Shown one piece after another: positions 1-8,595 of a stretch of 32,843 nt of DNA. The first letter of the stretch is position 1. Each line of letters starts with the position of its first letter. This DNA comes from an uncultured Candidatus Saccharibacteria bacterium (GTDB taxonomy: Bacteria; Patescibacteriota; Minisyncoccia; Phycocordibacterales; UBA5272). The notes below the pieces were generated by a model, which was not told where the DNA came from, did not search any database, and saw only the letters and a list, made by a program, of their open reading frames with translations. Location of the stretch: positions 1-32,843 of the forward strand of contig CAYVMF010000001.1 of the NCBI GenBank assembly GCA_964452605.1, in the 5' to 3' direction. Both the position numbers and the translations under genes were made by a program.

Positions 1-965
1 TTTACTAAAGAAACCTCTAGCGTGTCGCTCCCTGCACCACTCTTTGTATAAGTGAGCGAGGCAAGCGCGTTATTTACGTCGGTTGGTGAACCACTGAAAT
101 AAATAGTAGCTCCAGATGATGGGCCATTAAATGTAATCCCTGTGGTTGTAGACATCGCGAGGCTTCCACTTGATACAAAAAGTTTTACAGGAACTGTTGT
201 AGTGGCTCCTGCAATTTGTACGTTACTAATCGGAAGCGCTACTCCAGATGTACCAGTGAAACTACTTGACCCAGTGATATCTATCGTAGGTGTAATGGTG
301 ATGTCGTCGACAACGTCATTATTAACAGCAGCACCATAACCAGCCGTATATTGAACAACTCCAGATGTGTATGTTGAGTCAGTAGCACTGCCTAAAAGGG
401 TGTACTCAACGCCATCATTTGAATAGTAGAAACTAAGTGAAGTCCCTTGAACTGTAGCTTTAAACCATCGCGGCTTTGCTTTTCCTAATGATCCAGTCCA
501 CAAAGATGTATAACTACTGGATCCTACTTTCCAAATATACACAGAATTAGAGCTATACACCTGGAATAGATATCCCAGCTTAGCGCCTGCTGAATTTGCT
601 ACGTTTGTATCTGTAGATTGTGCACGCAAAGTAAATCCTCCACGGCCAAGGTTATCATCATATGACTGTTTCCAGGTAACGGAGTAGTCTGTACTTGTAG
701 CAAACTGAGTAAAGAGCGCACCAGCGATTACGCCAGTTTGTGTCGTTGCTTTAAGCGAGTAACCTAGCGAGGCGTCATTAACTACGTTGAAAGTACCCGC
801 AGTGACAGTCACATTTGAGGGACTTTGTCCTAATGTATCGCTATTAAAATTATATACAGTAGCGGCAGAAGCAGCCTGAAGACTTCCCAAACAAATAGCC
901 AGCCCAACAACAACTCTCCGAGACCACATCAATAAACGTGCGGAGTGACTATGTTCTAAAGGCAT
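1..965 (-). CDS. Secreted concanavalin A/LamG-like jelly-roll domain protein; C-terminal part runs off the window start
   Basis: I translated the minus strand by hand from the ATG at 965-963. It stays open to position 1 (321 codons) and is missing from the ORF track because no stop lies in the window. The N-terminus MPLEHSHSARLLMWSRRVVVGLAICLGSLQAASA looks like a signal peptide. A beta-rich segment follows (GYLFQVYSSNSVYIWKVG...WFKATVQGTSLSFYYSNDG), typical of LamG/DUF1080-type folds. TATACT lies 9 nt upstream of the ATG. Confidence 0.6.
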   Translation of the reverse strand, partial: MPLEHSHSARLLMWSRRVVVGLAICLGSLQAASAATVYNFNSDTLGQSPSNVTVTAGTFNVVNDASLGYSLKATTQTGVIAGALFTQFATSTDYSVTWKQSYDDNLGRGGFTLRAQSTDTNVANSAGAKLGYLFQVYSSNSVYIWKVGSSSYTSLWTGSLGKAKPRWFKATVQGTSLSFYYSNDGVEYTLLGSATDSTYTSGVVQYTAGYGAAVNNDVVDDITITPTIDITGSSSFTGTSGVALPISNVQIAGATTTVPVKLFVSSGSLAMSTTTGITFNGPSSGATIYFSGSPTDVNNALASLTYTKSGAGSDTLEVSLV

Positions 966-1020
966 ATATACAATAGTATACGCGAAGAAATTAAGTACTT
1001 TCTCATCTTTTCCACATTTG

Positions 1021-1314
1021 CTACTTCTTTTCTTTTGGTAAGCCCCACACCCATCCTGGTTTTTCTCCTTTACGATAGCAAATACGTATAAGTGTAATAG
1101 TAAGTAATGTAATAGGTAAAATAGCCGTAAAAAGAACTTCTTCTTTTGGAGATGTTTCATTAACAGTGAATGCAAAAGCACATACAAGTGCAACGTAGAA
1201 AATAATCACTACCCAACCCTGCCAGGTTACAGGAGTCCATCCCCATCCATATAACTTTCTCTTAAACCAATATCCTTTTGGGTTATCTTTAAGATACTTA
1301 ATGTATTCATTCAT
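1021..1314 (-). CDS. Small integral membrane protein (2 TM), unknown function
   Basis: 97-aa ORF with two hydrophobic helices (WVVIIFYVALVCAFAF, LFTAILPITLLTITLI). The extended -10 TGgTATACT lies 7 nt upstream of the ATG. Confidence 0.6.
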   Translation of the reverse strand: MNEYIKYLKDNPKGYWFKRKLYGWGWTPVTWQGWVVIIFYVALVCAFAFTVNETSPKEEVLFTAILPITLLTITLIRICYRKGEKPGWVWGLPKEKK

Positions 1315-1344
1315 AGGTATAAGTATACCACCAGCACCGCACGA

Positions 1345-1719
1345 CTATAACTCTGTTTTTACAGTTTTATAATACTCTCTGAGTGAACTAAACTTTTCTC
1401 CTTCTACTGTAAAGATAGCCACCTCAACCATATCGATAAACAGGTTTCGCTTTATATCTTTAAACGTCGCGTGCCATTCTGCAATAACAGTATCGCCGTC
1501 TACCCAAACATGACGAAGGTCAAACTTGATATCATCCTGTTCTCCAATTACTTTATACTTCCAATATTCTTTAATAGCTTCTAGTCCGATATTTTCTTTC
1601 TCCTTTGGGTCGTCGTACGTAGCATCATCAGTAAAGATACTAGCAACAAGTTCTGGGTCTTTCGTTTCCCAGGCTTTACCATAGGTTTCTATTAATGCTG
1701 TTGCCTGCTCTTTTGTCAT
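1345..1719 (-). CDS. NTF2-like / SnoaL-type small protein
   Basis: 124-aa ORF. The pattern ALIETYGKAWETKDPELVASIFTDDATY...IAEWHATF is typical of the SnoaL/NTF2-like fold. TGaTATAAT lies 6 nt upstream of the ATG. Confidence 0.6.
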   Translation of the reverse strand: MTKEQATALIETYGKAWETKDPELVASIFTDDATYDDPKEKENIGLEAIKEYWKYKVIGEQDDIKFDLRHVWVDGDTVIAEWHATFKDIKRNLFIDMVEVAIFTVEGEKFSSLREYYKTVKTEL

Positions 1720-1758
1720 AACTAGATTATATCATTTATACAGAAGCTAACTATTTCC

Positions 1759-3090
1759 TTATAAACTTAGCGCGCTTCGTGTGATTGGGCCCACATACCC
1801 CACAGCGGGAGTGATGCCTTTTCCAATCTGGAATTTAATTACAGCAGCGCGAGTCGCAGGACCGAAAAATGTCGTCTCAAGACCAACAGACCCCGCACCT
1901 GAAGAAGAAACCGTATATCCGCTTCTATTTAAAAACTGCTGAAGCTTTCTCACGTCTTCACCTACAGCATTTAGTGTAAGATCTCTTGTTAAAGAAATAG
2001 TACTCGTAGGAAGTGGCGTAGTAGGAGTTTGGTTTAGGATTGGAGTGGCTTCAACTCTCGCACGAGTTACCGCGCCATAGTATCCATCTGCGGGAGTAAT
2101 ACCTGCGTTTACTTGGTACTCAATGAGCGCTGACTGAGTCATTGGTCCGAAATTCCCCGTAGCACCCGCTTGGGCCAAGCGTATCGCCTGCGGACCAGTC
2201 TTTCGTGCTATCAAGTACTGCTGAAGTGTAACCACTGCATTTCCTTTTGCTCCAAGTTCTAAATCTCCTGGTTGAGTTGGGTTAATGATAGGTGTAACAA
2301 CTGACGGGTTGGACACTAGATATGTTTTTATTACTTCAGGAAATGAGACTCCAAGTGAAGTAGCCTGACTAAATACTGAACGAAAGTTACTTACCAAAAC
2401 CAGCGCTAATGCATTAGTATTTTGATGCACCGAAAACAGTTTAGTGAGGTACTGCATTTTTTCTTCCAAAGAAAACATAGCATTTATTCTCGTGTACGGG
2501 TCCACTGCTGTTCCACTACTGTTATGTATTTCAAAATGTAGGTGCGGGGCACCACCGGATGCATTACCTGTATTTCCAACATACCCAATAACTGAACCCT
2601 TTTCAAGAACTGCTCCTTGAGTAACACCTTCACCGAATGTATCTAAGTGCATATACACAAAAGTCTCACCACCGGGATTTGCGGTGTACACATAATTCCC
2701 CTCACCACTTCCTACACCAGTACGCAGTACAACCGCAGGAGTTGGAGAAACGACAGGAGTCCCTTTTGGCGCCATAATATCGTTTCCAATATGCGTGCGT
2801 CCGTTTGATCTCGGGTCTCCAAAGTCTGTACGCAAGTTAGAAAGCTCCACCCCAAAAAGTACAGGTATAGGAACCACTACGCTCATCGTACTACCAAGTG
2901 CTTGTATTTTTTGTGTTAGTTCGTTGGATTGTCCGCGCCAACCACGAATATACTGCCTGCGTTCTGTTACTGAATCGTTAGAACCGTCTGTAGATGTCGC
3001 CGTTTGAGCATTAACAACAATCGTCGCAGATAATAGGAGAAAGGACACGAAAAAAGAGAGGGCCGAAACCTTTTTGAGTATGCTGTACAT
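1759..3090 (-). CDS. Secreted M23 (LytM-type) peptidoglycan endopeptidase with two C-terminal PG-binding (PG_binding_1-like) repeats
   Basis: N-terminal signal/TM segment. M23 motifs HIGNDI and GGAPHLHFEIH. Two C-terminal repeats of the LQQ(Y/F)L...FGP.T..A...(Y/F)Q...GI.P..GY.G..TR type. Confidence 0.85.
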   Translation of the reverse strand: MYSILKKVSALSFFVSFLLLSATIVVNAQTATSTDGSNDSVTERRQYIRGWRGQSNELTQKIQALGSTMSVVVPIPVLFGVELSNLRTDFGDPRSNGRTHIGNDIMAPKGTPVVSPTPAVVLRTGVGSGEGNYVYTANPGGETFVYMHLDTFGEGVTQGAVLEKGSVIGYVGNTGNASGGAPHLHFEIHNSSGTAVDPYTRINAMFSLEEKMQYLTKLFSVHQNTNALALVLVSNFRSVFSQATSLGVSFPEVIKTYLVSNPSVVTPIINPTQPGDLELGAKGNAVVTLQQYLIARKTGPQAIRLAQAGATGNFGPMTQSALIEYQVNAGITPADGYYGAVTRARVEATPILNQTPTTPLPTSTISLTRDLTLNAVGEDVRKLQQFLNRSGYTVSSSGAGSVGLETTFFGPATRAAVIKFQIGKGITPAVGYVGPITRSALSL

Positions 3091-3197
3091 ATATAATGAT
3101 AGATTATGATGCCCTAGAGAGTCTTTTTACAAAAGAAAATACTAGCGAATCGTATACTATATATAACAGTTCACACCAGACACTGTGACAAACAAAC

Positions 3198-3365
3198 TTA
3201 TGCAGAGATTTTCTTCTTGTTCTTTACGATACTAGCGATACCTGCGATGACTACAATAAGTCCAATCCCTTGAGCCCCAGGACTGTCGTCATACCCACCA
3301 AATATAAAGAAAAAGATTCCAAACAGAACTGCAAGGAGAGGGTATATAATTTTGCTTTTATTCAT
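3198..3365 (-). CDS. Small 2-TM membrane peptide (55 aa), below the ORF-track cutoff
   Basis: Hand translation gives MNKSKIIYPLLAVLFGIFFFIFGGYDDSPGAQGIGLIVVIAGIASIVKNKKKISA*. The native-type extended -10 TGaTATACT lies 6 nt upstream of the ATG, the same architecture as confirmed neighbours. Confidence 0.45.
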   Translation of the reverse strand: MNKSKIIYPLLAVLFGIFFFIFGGYDDSPGAQGIGLIVVIAGIASIVKNKKKISA

Positions 3366-3440
3366 ATCTGAAGTATATCAGAGCGTTTACAGATTTTGTT
3401 AACGCTACACAAAAAGCTACCGTAACTCACGTCTAGCAGA

Positions 3441-4130
3441 TTATTTTCCACTTCTGAGGTACATCCTTTTTGAAGCTCTATCTACAGTGTACTCGGGATA
3501 TAGTTTTACCCACGCAGAGATGTCAGTCTCATCAAGCCCGTGAAATCCAAACTCGTTTGTCCACACACTTCCATATTTAACCGGCACAGGCTCTTTTAGA
3601 CACCCCTCAATACTGAACCTACTCGCAACATGTTCAGGGGCAAACACAACACCCTTTGCACGAAGATACTCTCCGTACGTCCGTGCGATATGGTGATCCT
3701 CTGGATGATGTTCTGTTATATATTCGTCATGATAGAGAATATGCAGTAATTTTTTACTACGCAGACTAAAACCTCCATTGCCAACATTGTTTTCGTCTTC
3801 GTACCACCAAGGTGCGCCGATGTAGTCATATGTGAGAAAGTCGTCTGTCCACGCTTCGTGATTTAAGATAAATCCATCGTACTGAATGACAAGCACGAAA
3901 TCTGTGTCTACATACTCATGTAGTTTTTTAATAAAGAAATGAGAGTATGTTTCAAGTGAGTCTACGTTATCTATACGTACCACCCGAGGATCTGCATCAG
4001 GAATAGACGAAAGCAATTTAACTGAGCCAAACTCAAAATGCTTCTGACAGATATCAGCAGCTAATTTCAAACGTTCTACATCAAGGCACTCCAAGCCAAG
4101 AAGTGTAACAGTAGGCAAACGCTTCTTCAT
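3441..4130 (-). CDS. DUF5672-like protein (putative glycosyltransferase-like fold)
   Basis: 229-aa ORF. The segment VLVIQYDGFILNHEAWTDDFLTYDYIGAPWW...GNGGFSLRSKKLL matches my recollection of the DUF5672 signature. TGaTATAAT lies 9 nt upstream of the ATG. Confidence 0.6.
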   Translation of the reverse strand: MKKRLPTVTLLGLECLDVERLKLAADICQKHFEFGSVKLLSSIPDADPRVVRIDNVDSLETYSHFFIKKLHEYVDTDFVLVIQYDGFILNHEAWTDDFLTYDYIGAPWWYEDENNVGNGGFSLRSKKLLHILYHDEYITEHHPEDHHIARTYGEYLRAKGVVFAPEHVASRFSIEGCLKEPVPVKYGSVWTNEFGFHGLDETDISAWVKLYPEYTVDRASKRMYLRSGK

Positions 4131-4233
4131 TAGAGATTAATTATATCAGCTTGTAGAGATATTTGAATAAAAAGCTACTCGCAAAATGATATACTTACAT
4201 ATGTAGTTTTATTAATTTTTAATATACATAACC

Positions 4234-4896
4234 ATGCATAGAAAAATAGTTTCTATCCTAGTTGCAAGCCTATTTGCAACAGGTGTCGCCTCCGCTCAAG
4301 AGGTAGGTGTTACCACAAATGTAAATACTAACGCAGCCCTTGGCGTCGCTAAAGTAAATGTGGAAGCAACAACAACCGTTACTACAAATACTCGTGGGAA
4401 CGCCACTTCATCCGCTAAAAAAGATAACGAGGCAAAGACCACTAAAGCTGAAACGACGTCCGTAACCACTGAAAGCAAGCGCTCGTCAACGGGAGAGGCT
4501 CACATGAGTGCTGTTGCTGTATTCGTACAGTCACTCCTTAGCATCGCTAACCGTGAAGGTGGAATCGGCACACAGGTACGTGCGGTAGCACAGGCGCAAA
4601 ATGACACTGCAAGCACAACAGCGGCGGCAATTACCGCTATCGAAGCACGTGGCAAACTCCGTACGTTTCTTTTTGGCACAGACTATAAAAGTATCGGACA
4701 GCTACGAAGTGATGTTACCGTTACTGAAAATAGTATCGCCCAACTAAAAGCAGTACTAGATAAAGCGCTAAGTGTAACCACCAAAGCAGAGCTCACCACT
4801 CAACTAAAAGCACTCGAAGACACACAAGTGAAACTAAACGCCTATATCAAGGCAAATGAAAGTAGTTTCAGTCTCTTCGGTTGGTTAAACAAATAA
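4234..4896 (+). CDS. Secreted Thr/Ala-rich protein with C-terminal coiled coil, unknown function
   Basis: 220-aa ORF. Signal peptide MHRKIVSILVASLFATGVASAQ, a low-complexity T/A/N-rich N-terminal half and a helical C-terminal half. A strong terminator follows. Confidence 0.6.
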   Translation: MHRKIVSILVASLFATGVASAQEVGVTTNVNTNAALGVAKVNVEATTTVTTNTRGNATSSAKKDNEAKTTKAETTSVTTESKRSSTGEAHMSAVAVFVQSLLSIANREGGIGTQVRAVAQAQNDTASTTAAAITAIEARGKLRTFLFGTDYKSIGQLRSDVTVTENSIAQLKAVLDKALSVTTKAELTTQLKALEDTQVKLNAYIKANESSFSLFGWLNK

Positions 4897-4900
4897 CTTT

Positions 4901-4942
4901 CCTAACTAAAAAACCGGGTAGCTACCCGGTTTTTTAGTTAGG
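4901..4942. terminator. Bidirectional intrinsic terminator between convergent genes
   Basis: Perfect 20-nt inverted arms, CCTAACTAAAAAACCGGGTA / TACCCGGTTTTTTAGTTAGG, separated by 2 nt. GC core with an A-tract on one side and a T-tract on the other. Confidence 0.85.
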
Positions 4943-4960
4943 AAAACTGTCTTCTAATAG

Positions 4961-5422
4961 TTACATTCCCTCAAATGCACTGATATCAATCTTCTTCATC
5001 TGAAGCAACTTCTCCCACGCACCGGGCTTTAGCATCATTGCTTCTATATTTTCAGGATTGATTTGCCATGAAAGACCGTACTTATCCTTGCACCAGCCAC
5101 AGACACTTTCACTACCACCATCTTTAGTAAGCTTGTCCCAATAGTAGTCGATCTCTGCTTGGTCCTTGCAAGAAATATTAAATGACACTGCTTCATTAAA
5201 AGTAAATTCATTACCGGCGTTAATGGCAACAAATTCTTCACCCATAAGCTCAAAATAAATAGCAAGCACTTTACCAGCAAATGGTGCCTGGAAATCAAGT
5301 AGCCCTTCTGTTGGATAGTATGAAGTTGTAATAATTTTCCCGTCCGGAAAAACAGAGAGATAAAAATTGACTGCCTCTTCTGCGTTCCCCTTGAACCATA
5401 AATTAGGTGTTATTTTCTGCAT
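4961..5422 (-). CDS. VOC/glyoxalase-superfamily protein, PhnB-like (3-demethylubiquinone-9 3-methyltransferase-domain family)
   Basis: 153-aa ORF. MQKITPNLWFKGNAEEAVNFYLSVFP...CGWCKDKYGLSWQI matches the characteristic N- and C-terminal motifs of this family. Confidence 0.8.
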   Translation of the reverse strand: MQKITPNLWFKGNAEEAVNFYLSVFPDGKIITTSYYPTEGLLDFQAPFAGKVLAIYFELMGEEFVAINAGNEFTFNEAVSFNISCKDQAEIDYYWDKLTKDGGSESVCGWCKDKYGLSWQINPENIEAMMLKPGAWEKLLQMKKIDISAFEGM

Positions 5423-5440
5423 AGACTTATTGTAACACTT

Positions 5441-5908
5441 TTAGAGATCAGTAAACCCTCCCAGGTAACTCGCTTCGTATACACAAACACCGTCTTTGTA
5501 GATTTTCTCAGTTCCTGAAAACTTCGCAACATCTCCAACAAGTGTGTTCTCATACCTGAAAGTCCCTTCTTCGTACACCTCTGGTCCTCGGTATGGCATC
5601 TCTACAGTTGAGTTAGAAAGACTTGTCATAAGAAATGGATACACATCTTTTGCTTCAACTGATGAATCTACAAATCCGTAATACACCATCATCCAAACAG
5701 CTTTATTATTTAGAAATACAACTTCTCTACCTCCGTATGGTTCGCCTCCGAAATAGTTGTCGTGAAATGTGTATTCACCATCTTGGAAGCGAATAGTTGT
5801 AGAGCCGTCTTCTTGTTTTTCTTTTATTGAAGCATCACCAGATGCATATGTCGCACGACTGGCTTTCAGGATGAATTCCTGAAGTTTTACTACATCAATA
5901 GTATTCAT
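5441..5908 (-). CDS. DUF5680-like protein
   Basis: 155-aa ORF. ASRATYASGD...HDNYFGGEPYGGREVVFLNNKAVWMMVYYG resembles the DUF5680 signature as I recall it. Confidence 0.55.
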   Translation of the reverse strand: MNTIDVVKLQEFILKASRATYASGDASIKEKQEDGSTTIRFQDGEYTFHDNYFGGEPYGGREVVFLNNKAVWMMVYYGFVDSSVEAKDVYPFLMTSLSNSTVEMPYRGPEVYEEGTFRYENTLVGDVAKFSGTEKIYKDGVCVYEASYLGGFTDL

Positions 5909-6033
5909 GTGGTAAGTGTATCATCTGAAACCTTTTACATTCTTTTCCCCTATATCAAAACCAACAAGAACTCCAATACAAAACCCGATAAAAAGGCAGC
6001 ATAGCCCGGTGATTATATAAAACATAGATTTGT

Positions 6034-6165
6034 CTGTTGAGGACTTTTGATAATGACTAGAAACAAAAAGCTCCTAGCCAGCGGTTCCTTGCGGAACCTA
6101 CACAGGTTTCCCTGCATAGCCTCAACAGCACTCTGACTAGGAGTTTTTTACTGTTGAGGGCTTTT
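6034..6165 (-). ncRNA. Candidate structured RNA or cis-regulatory element: three-way junction with two GNRA-capped hairpins, closed by a long stem with a U-run and flanked by 15-nt repeats
   Basis: Read on the minus strand. P1 is CUCCUAGUCAG/CUGGCUAGGAG (6071-6081 with 6133-6143). P2 is CUAUGCAGG-GAAA-CCUGUGUAG. P3 is GGUUCC-GCAA-GGAACC. A U-run (CUUUUUGUUU) follows. The junction strand CUGUUGAGG (6128-6120) is complementary to both flanking copies of CCUCAACAG (plus-strand ctgttgagg at 6034-6042 and 6151-6159). The strand call rests only on the GNRA loops. Confidence 0.3.
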
Positions 6166-6169
6166 CGCC

Positions 6170-6328
6170 ATGCCAGTACTACTACTTGGTTTAGGCTACT
6201 TTCTACAATATTCAGTTGTTGTACAATTATACCTCTTTTTTGAAGCTTGGAGAACTACTTATCGTACTCATCTTACGAGGTGGAGTCAAAATGATGTTAT
6301 GACTTTTTTCAGAAAAGGTGTAGAGTAA
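6170..6328 (+). CDS. Possible 52-aa membrane peptide ORF upstream of the GC-rich gene at 6359
   Basis: Hand translation gives MPVLLLGLGYFLQYSVVVQLYLFFEAWRTTYRTHLTRWSQNDVMTFFRKGVE*. Hydrophobic N-terminus, basic tail. I saw no clear promoter or SD. It ends 30 nt before the next ATG. Confidence 0.2.
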   Translation: MPVLLLGLGYFLQYSVVVQLYLFFEAWRTTYRTHLTRWSQNDVMTFFRKGVE

Positions 6329-6358
6329 CAAAATCCCACCAACCACAGGAGATATGCC

Positions 6359-6676
6359 ATGGGAATCCTAACGTTTGTTAAGAAGTTGTTTACGCCTTCT
6401 CCGGAAACGCTCCGGCTACAGCAACAGAACGCCGACGAAGAGCTCAAGGGGAAAATCCTCTTGGTACTGGAAGACCCCTACTGTGCCACTTACCGCGGCG
6501 GGATCGTGCCTTTTGAGGTCATTCGCCATCAGCTGAGAGCGTGGCCGCTCGAGCAGATCCTTCGCATGATGAAGGAGCTCATCACGGCACGCCTCGTCCA
6601 AAGAATTGACGGCGGCAAGAGTGAAAAACCTGCCACCGAAGTTCAGTACGTCAGTTCTGCCTCCAGGCGCGACTAA
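6359..6676 (+). CDS. GC-rich orphan protein (105 aa), possibly winged-helix-like
   Basis: GGAG lies 8 nt upstream of the ATG, unlike native genes. GC is clearly above the neighbours. The central pattern KILLVLEDP....IVPFEVIRHQL..WPLEQILRMMKELITARLVQRI resembles a wHTH recognition module. Its own terminator follows. Confidence 0.6.
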   Translation: MGILTFVKKLFTPSPETLRLQQQNADEELKGKILLVLEDPYCATYRGGIVPFEVIRHQLRAWPLEQILRMMKELITARLVQRIDGGKSEKPATEVQYVSSASRRD

Positions 6677-6701
6677 GTAGTAGGCCTAACGGGCAGGTCA
6701 T

Positions 6702-6748
6702 AAACCGCCGTCAAGCGAAAAACGGAGTCGCTTCGGCGGTTTTGTTTT
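6702..6748 (+). terminator. Intrinsic terminator of the 6359 gene
   Basis: AACCGCCG...CGGCGGTT outer stem with inner AAGCGA/TCGCTT pairing, followed by TTTGTTTTG. Confidence 0.7.
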
Positions 6749-6777
6749 GCACACAAATCAAGCTGCTGGCTTGAAAA

Positions 6778-7113
6778 CTACATCTGCCTTGCTTCCATTA
6801 TTTCAATGGTTGCACCAGGAATACCAAAGTGAGGATGATCTTTAAAAAGCTCTGCTACCGCTTCAGCGGATTCCCCTTGTACGTATGATGATAGCATCAT
6901 GTCATTTTTGACATCTTCTACACCAGAAGCGCTCACTCGCTTTGTTTTCCCAAGAGCGATTGTGTTGAGAATGGTATCTTTGTGTGAAGCTGTCCACGCA
7001 TCCCACTCTGCTCTCATTTTTGCCTCAGCATCCTTACGTTCTGCTTCTGGTTTCTTCATCCATTCCTCCATACCAAGCGCTGGCGCCATGTATATAACTG
7101 TGAAATTTTTCAT
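6778..7113 (-). CDS. Small conserved-looking hypothetical protein (111 aa)
   Basis: Native composition. TGcTACACT lies 8 nt upstream of the ATG. I recognise no motif with confidence. Confidence 0.55.
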   Translation of the reverse strand: MKNFTVIYMAPALGMEEWMKKPEAERKDAEAKMRAEWDAWTASHKDTILNTIALGKTKRVSASGVEDVKNDMMLSSYVQGESAEAVAELFKDHPHFGIPGATIEIMEARQM

Positions 7114-7173
7114 ATACTTTTAGTGTAGCATGGTGGGCATGCACCTCGTGTTTAACTTAGAACCCTTCCAGAC

Positions 7174-8220
7174 TTATTTTTTGACTGCACTTATTAAGTT
7201 GGCAATGTCAGTAATAGAGACCTCTTTCTGGTTACCCTGGAGGTACCCATCATCTTGATGTGCAAATATAGTTTGAGCTATTTCTTTAACAATTGCATCT
7301 CTGTTTTCTGGCAGCTTATTATTTCTCACTAAAATATCAAAAGATTTTAGTGAGTTACTTCTATGAGTATTTAAATTATACATATGCAGGTTTGCATTGT
7401 AATTCTTTAAAACTTCTCTTATCAGAACGTATAAGAAAAATAGTACTGAGAAGCGAATAAGAAATGCAAAAATATAGTATTCCCAGTCCGCTACAGGCTC
7501 TGGTTGATTAATTTCTTTTAAGAGGGGTAAAAACCAGTAAACAAGAATCCATATACCAGCCCCAATTAAAATTAGAAACATAACACCAAAAAGTCTTGAT
7601 AGATTTCTATTTTTGACTGATTGATCTAAAAAAATAGTCCCATACTCGCTGACAGTGTCCACCAATGAAAAATCTTGGACCGACCTATTTAATTGTTCTA
7701 TATTATCTTTTACTTGAAGAATTTGTGTTAGGCCTTGGTTTAATTCACCCAATTTTTGGTCCACTTCTCCGACTTTTTGCTGAAAAGAACTCTGCGCATT
7801 ATTTACAACTTCTTGTGTTTGGTTTTTGTAGGTACTTAATGCTTCTTCTATTTTTTGTTTATGCTCCTCTCTAACGTACATCTGAAATTCAGAAATTTTT
7901 GGAGCTGTTACTGTATAAAAATCCCTTATCTCTTGGAGCAAGGCGTTGGCACGGAACTGCGTCTGTTCAACTGTCTCTCCCGTCTGTGTATTGAAAGACT
8001 GAGCCCTTGATTTTAAATCAATCAATTGAGAAAAAATTGCTTGCAGTTTTCCGGCATCTGTTGGAATAAATAAATGTATATTGTTCTCAAATTCTAATAC
8101 CAACTTACTTAGTCGTTGCAGCAAAGATGATATCTCTTCAAAAGAAGAGCTGTAGTTGCTGCCTAAATCAGTTCTTTTAAGACTTTCCCAATTAAGACTC
8201 TTAAGTGTATTAAAATCCAT
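7174..8220 (-). CDS. AT-rich island protein 1: N-terminal coiled coil (about 200 aa), 2 TM helices and a C-terminal helical domain
   Basis: 348-aa ORF, visibly more AT-rich than neighbours. TM helices LFGVMFLILIGAGIWILVYWFL and YYIFAFLIRFSVLFFLYVLI. AGAGTAGAAT lies 7 nt upstream of the ATG. The architecture recalls 2-TM effector modules (e.g. SLATT-like), but I cannot verify any family. Confidence 0.65.
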   Translation of the reverse strand: MDFNTLKSLNWESLKRTDLGSNYSSSFEEISSLLQRLSKLVLEFENNIHLFIPTDAGKLQAIFSQLIDLKSRAQSFNTQTGETVEQTQFRANALLQEIRDFYTVTAPKISEFQMYVREEHKQKIEEALSTYKNQTQEVVNNAQSSFQQKVGEVDQKLGELNQGLTQILQVKDNIEQLNRSVQDFSLVDTVSEYGTIFLDQSVKNRNLSRLFGVMFLILIGAGIWILVYWFLPLLKEINQPEPVADWEYYIFAFLIRFSVLFFLYVLIREVLKNYNANLHMYNLNTHRSNSLKSFDILVRNNKLPENRDAIVKEIAQTIFAHQDDGYLQGNQKEVSITDIANLISAVKK

Positions 8221-8315
8221 TCACTTCATTCTACTCTCTTTGTCAAATAAATCCAGCAACCCCCTATACCTATTAAACACGTAAAAGGGGCCATACACAA
8301 AGAGCCGTGTACTGA

Positions 8316-8594
8316 CTCTTTGAAGATCTAATTGAACAACTTCAAAAACTTTTAGACGAGTTTGATTTATATCAGATAGGAATGAAAGAAAAGATAGAAA
8401 GCGAGGTTAGAAGGTTTAAACATTTTCAAAGAGGAGTTTTAGGTATTAAGGATAAAATTGAGATCGGAGATGTAGATATACGCAACTATGCAAAATACAT
8501 ACTCAGGGAGGGTAAGGACTCAGAGAAGAGAGACCTCATGCAGTCATTTAAAAGTAAGCTGATACTTTTAAATAAGAGAATAGTTCTCGAATGA
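8316..8594 (+). pseudogene. Possible C-terminal remnant of a (large serine) recombinase
   Basis: The 70-aa ORF from 8382 stays open in frame upstream to a stop at 8313-8315 (LFEDLIEQLQKLLDEFDLYQIG-MKEKIESEV...). The tail DIRNYAKYILREGKDSEKRDLMQSFKSKLILLNKRIVLE resembles recombinase-family C-termini as I recall them. No catalytic domain is present. Recollection only, not verified. Confidence 0.25.
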
Positions 8595-8595
8595 A

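Noticed and set aside
142-339. 65-aa plus-strand track ORF
   Set aside because: It lies antisense inside the long open minus-strand frame (1-965), which has a signal peptide and a jelly-roll-like sequence. It has no start context of its own.
5921-6025. 34-aa hydrophobic minus-strand ORF (MFYIITGLCCLFIGFCIGVLVGFDIGEKNVKGFR)
   Set aside because: It has no -10 box at the native spacing and no SD. It overlaps the promoter region of the 5441-5908 gene. It is too short to support from sequence alone, though it lies just downstream of the structured element on that strand.
6065-6149. SRP (4.5S) RNA, hammerhead ribozyme or purine riboswitch assignment for the structured element
   Set aside because: The helices are perfect, without the SRP domain IV internal loops or GGAA loop context. 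CUGUUGAG deviates from the invariant hammerhead CUGAUGA, and no GAAA follows stem II. The loops are tetraloops, not the 7-nt kissing loops of purine riboswitches.
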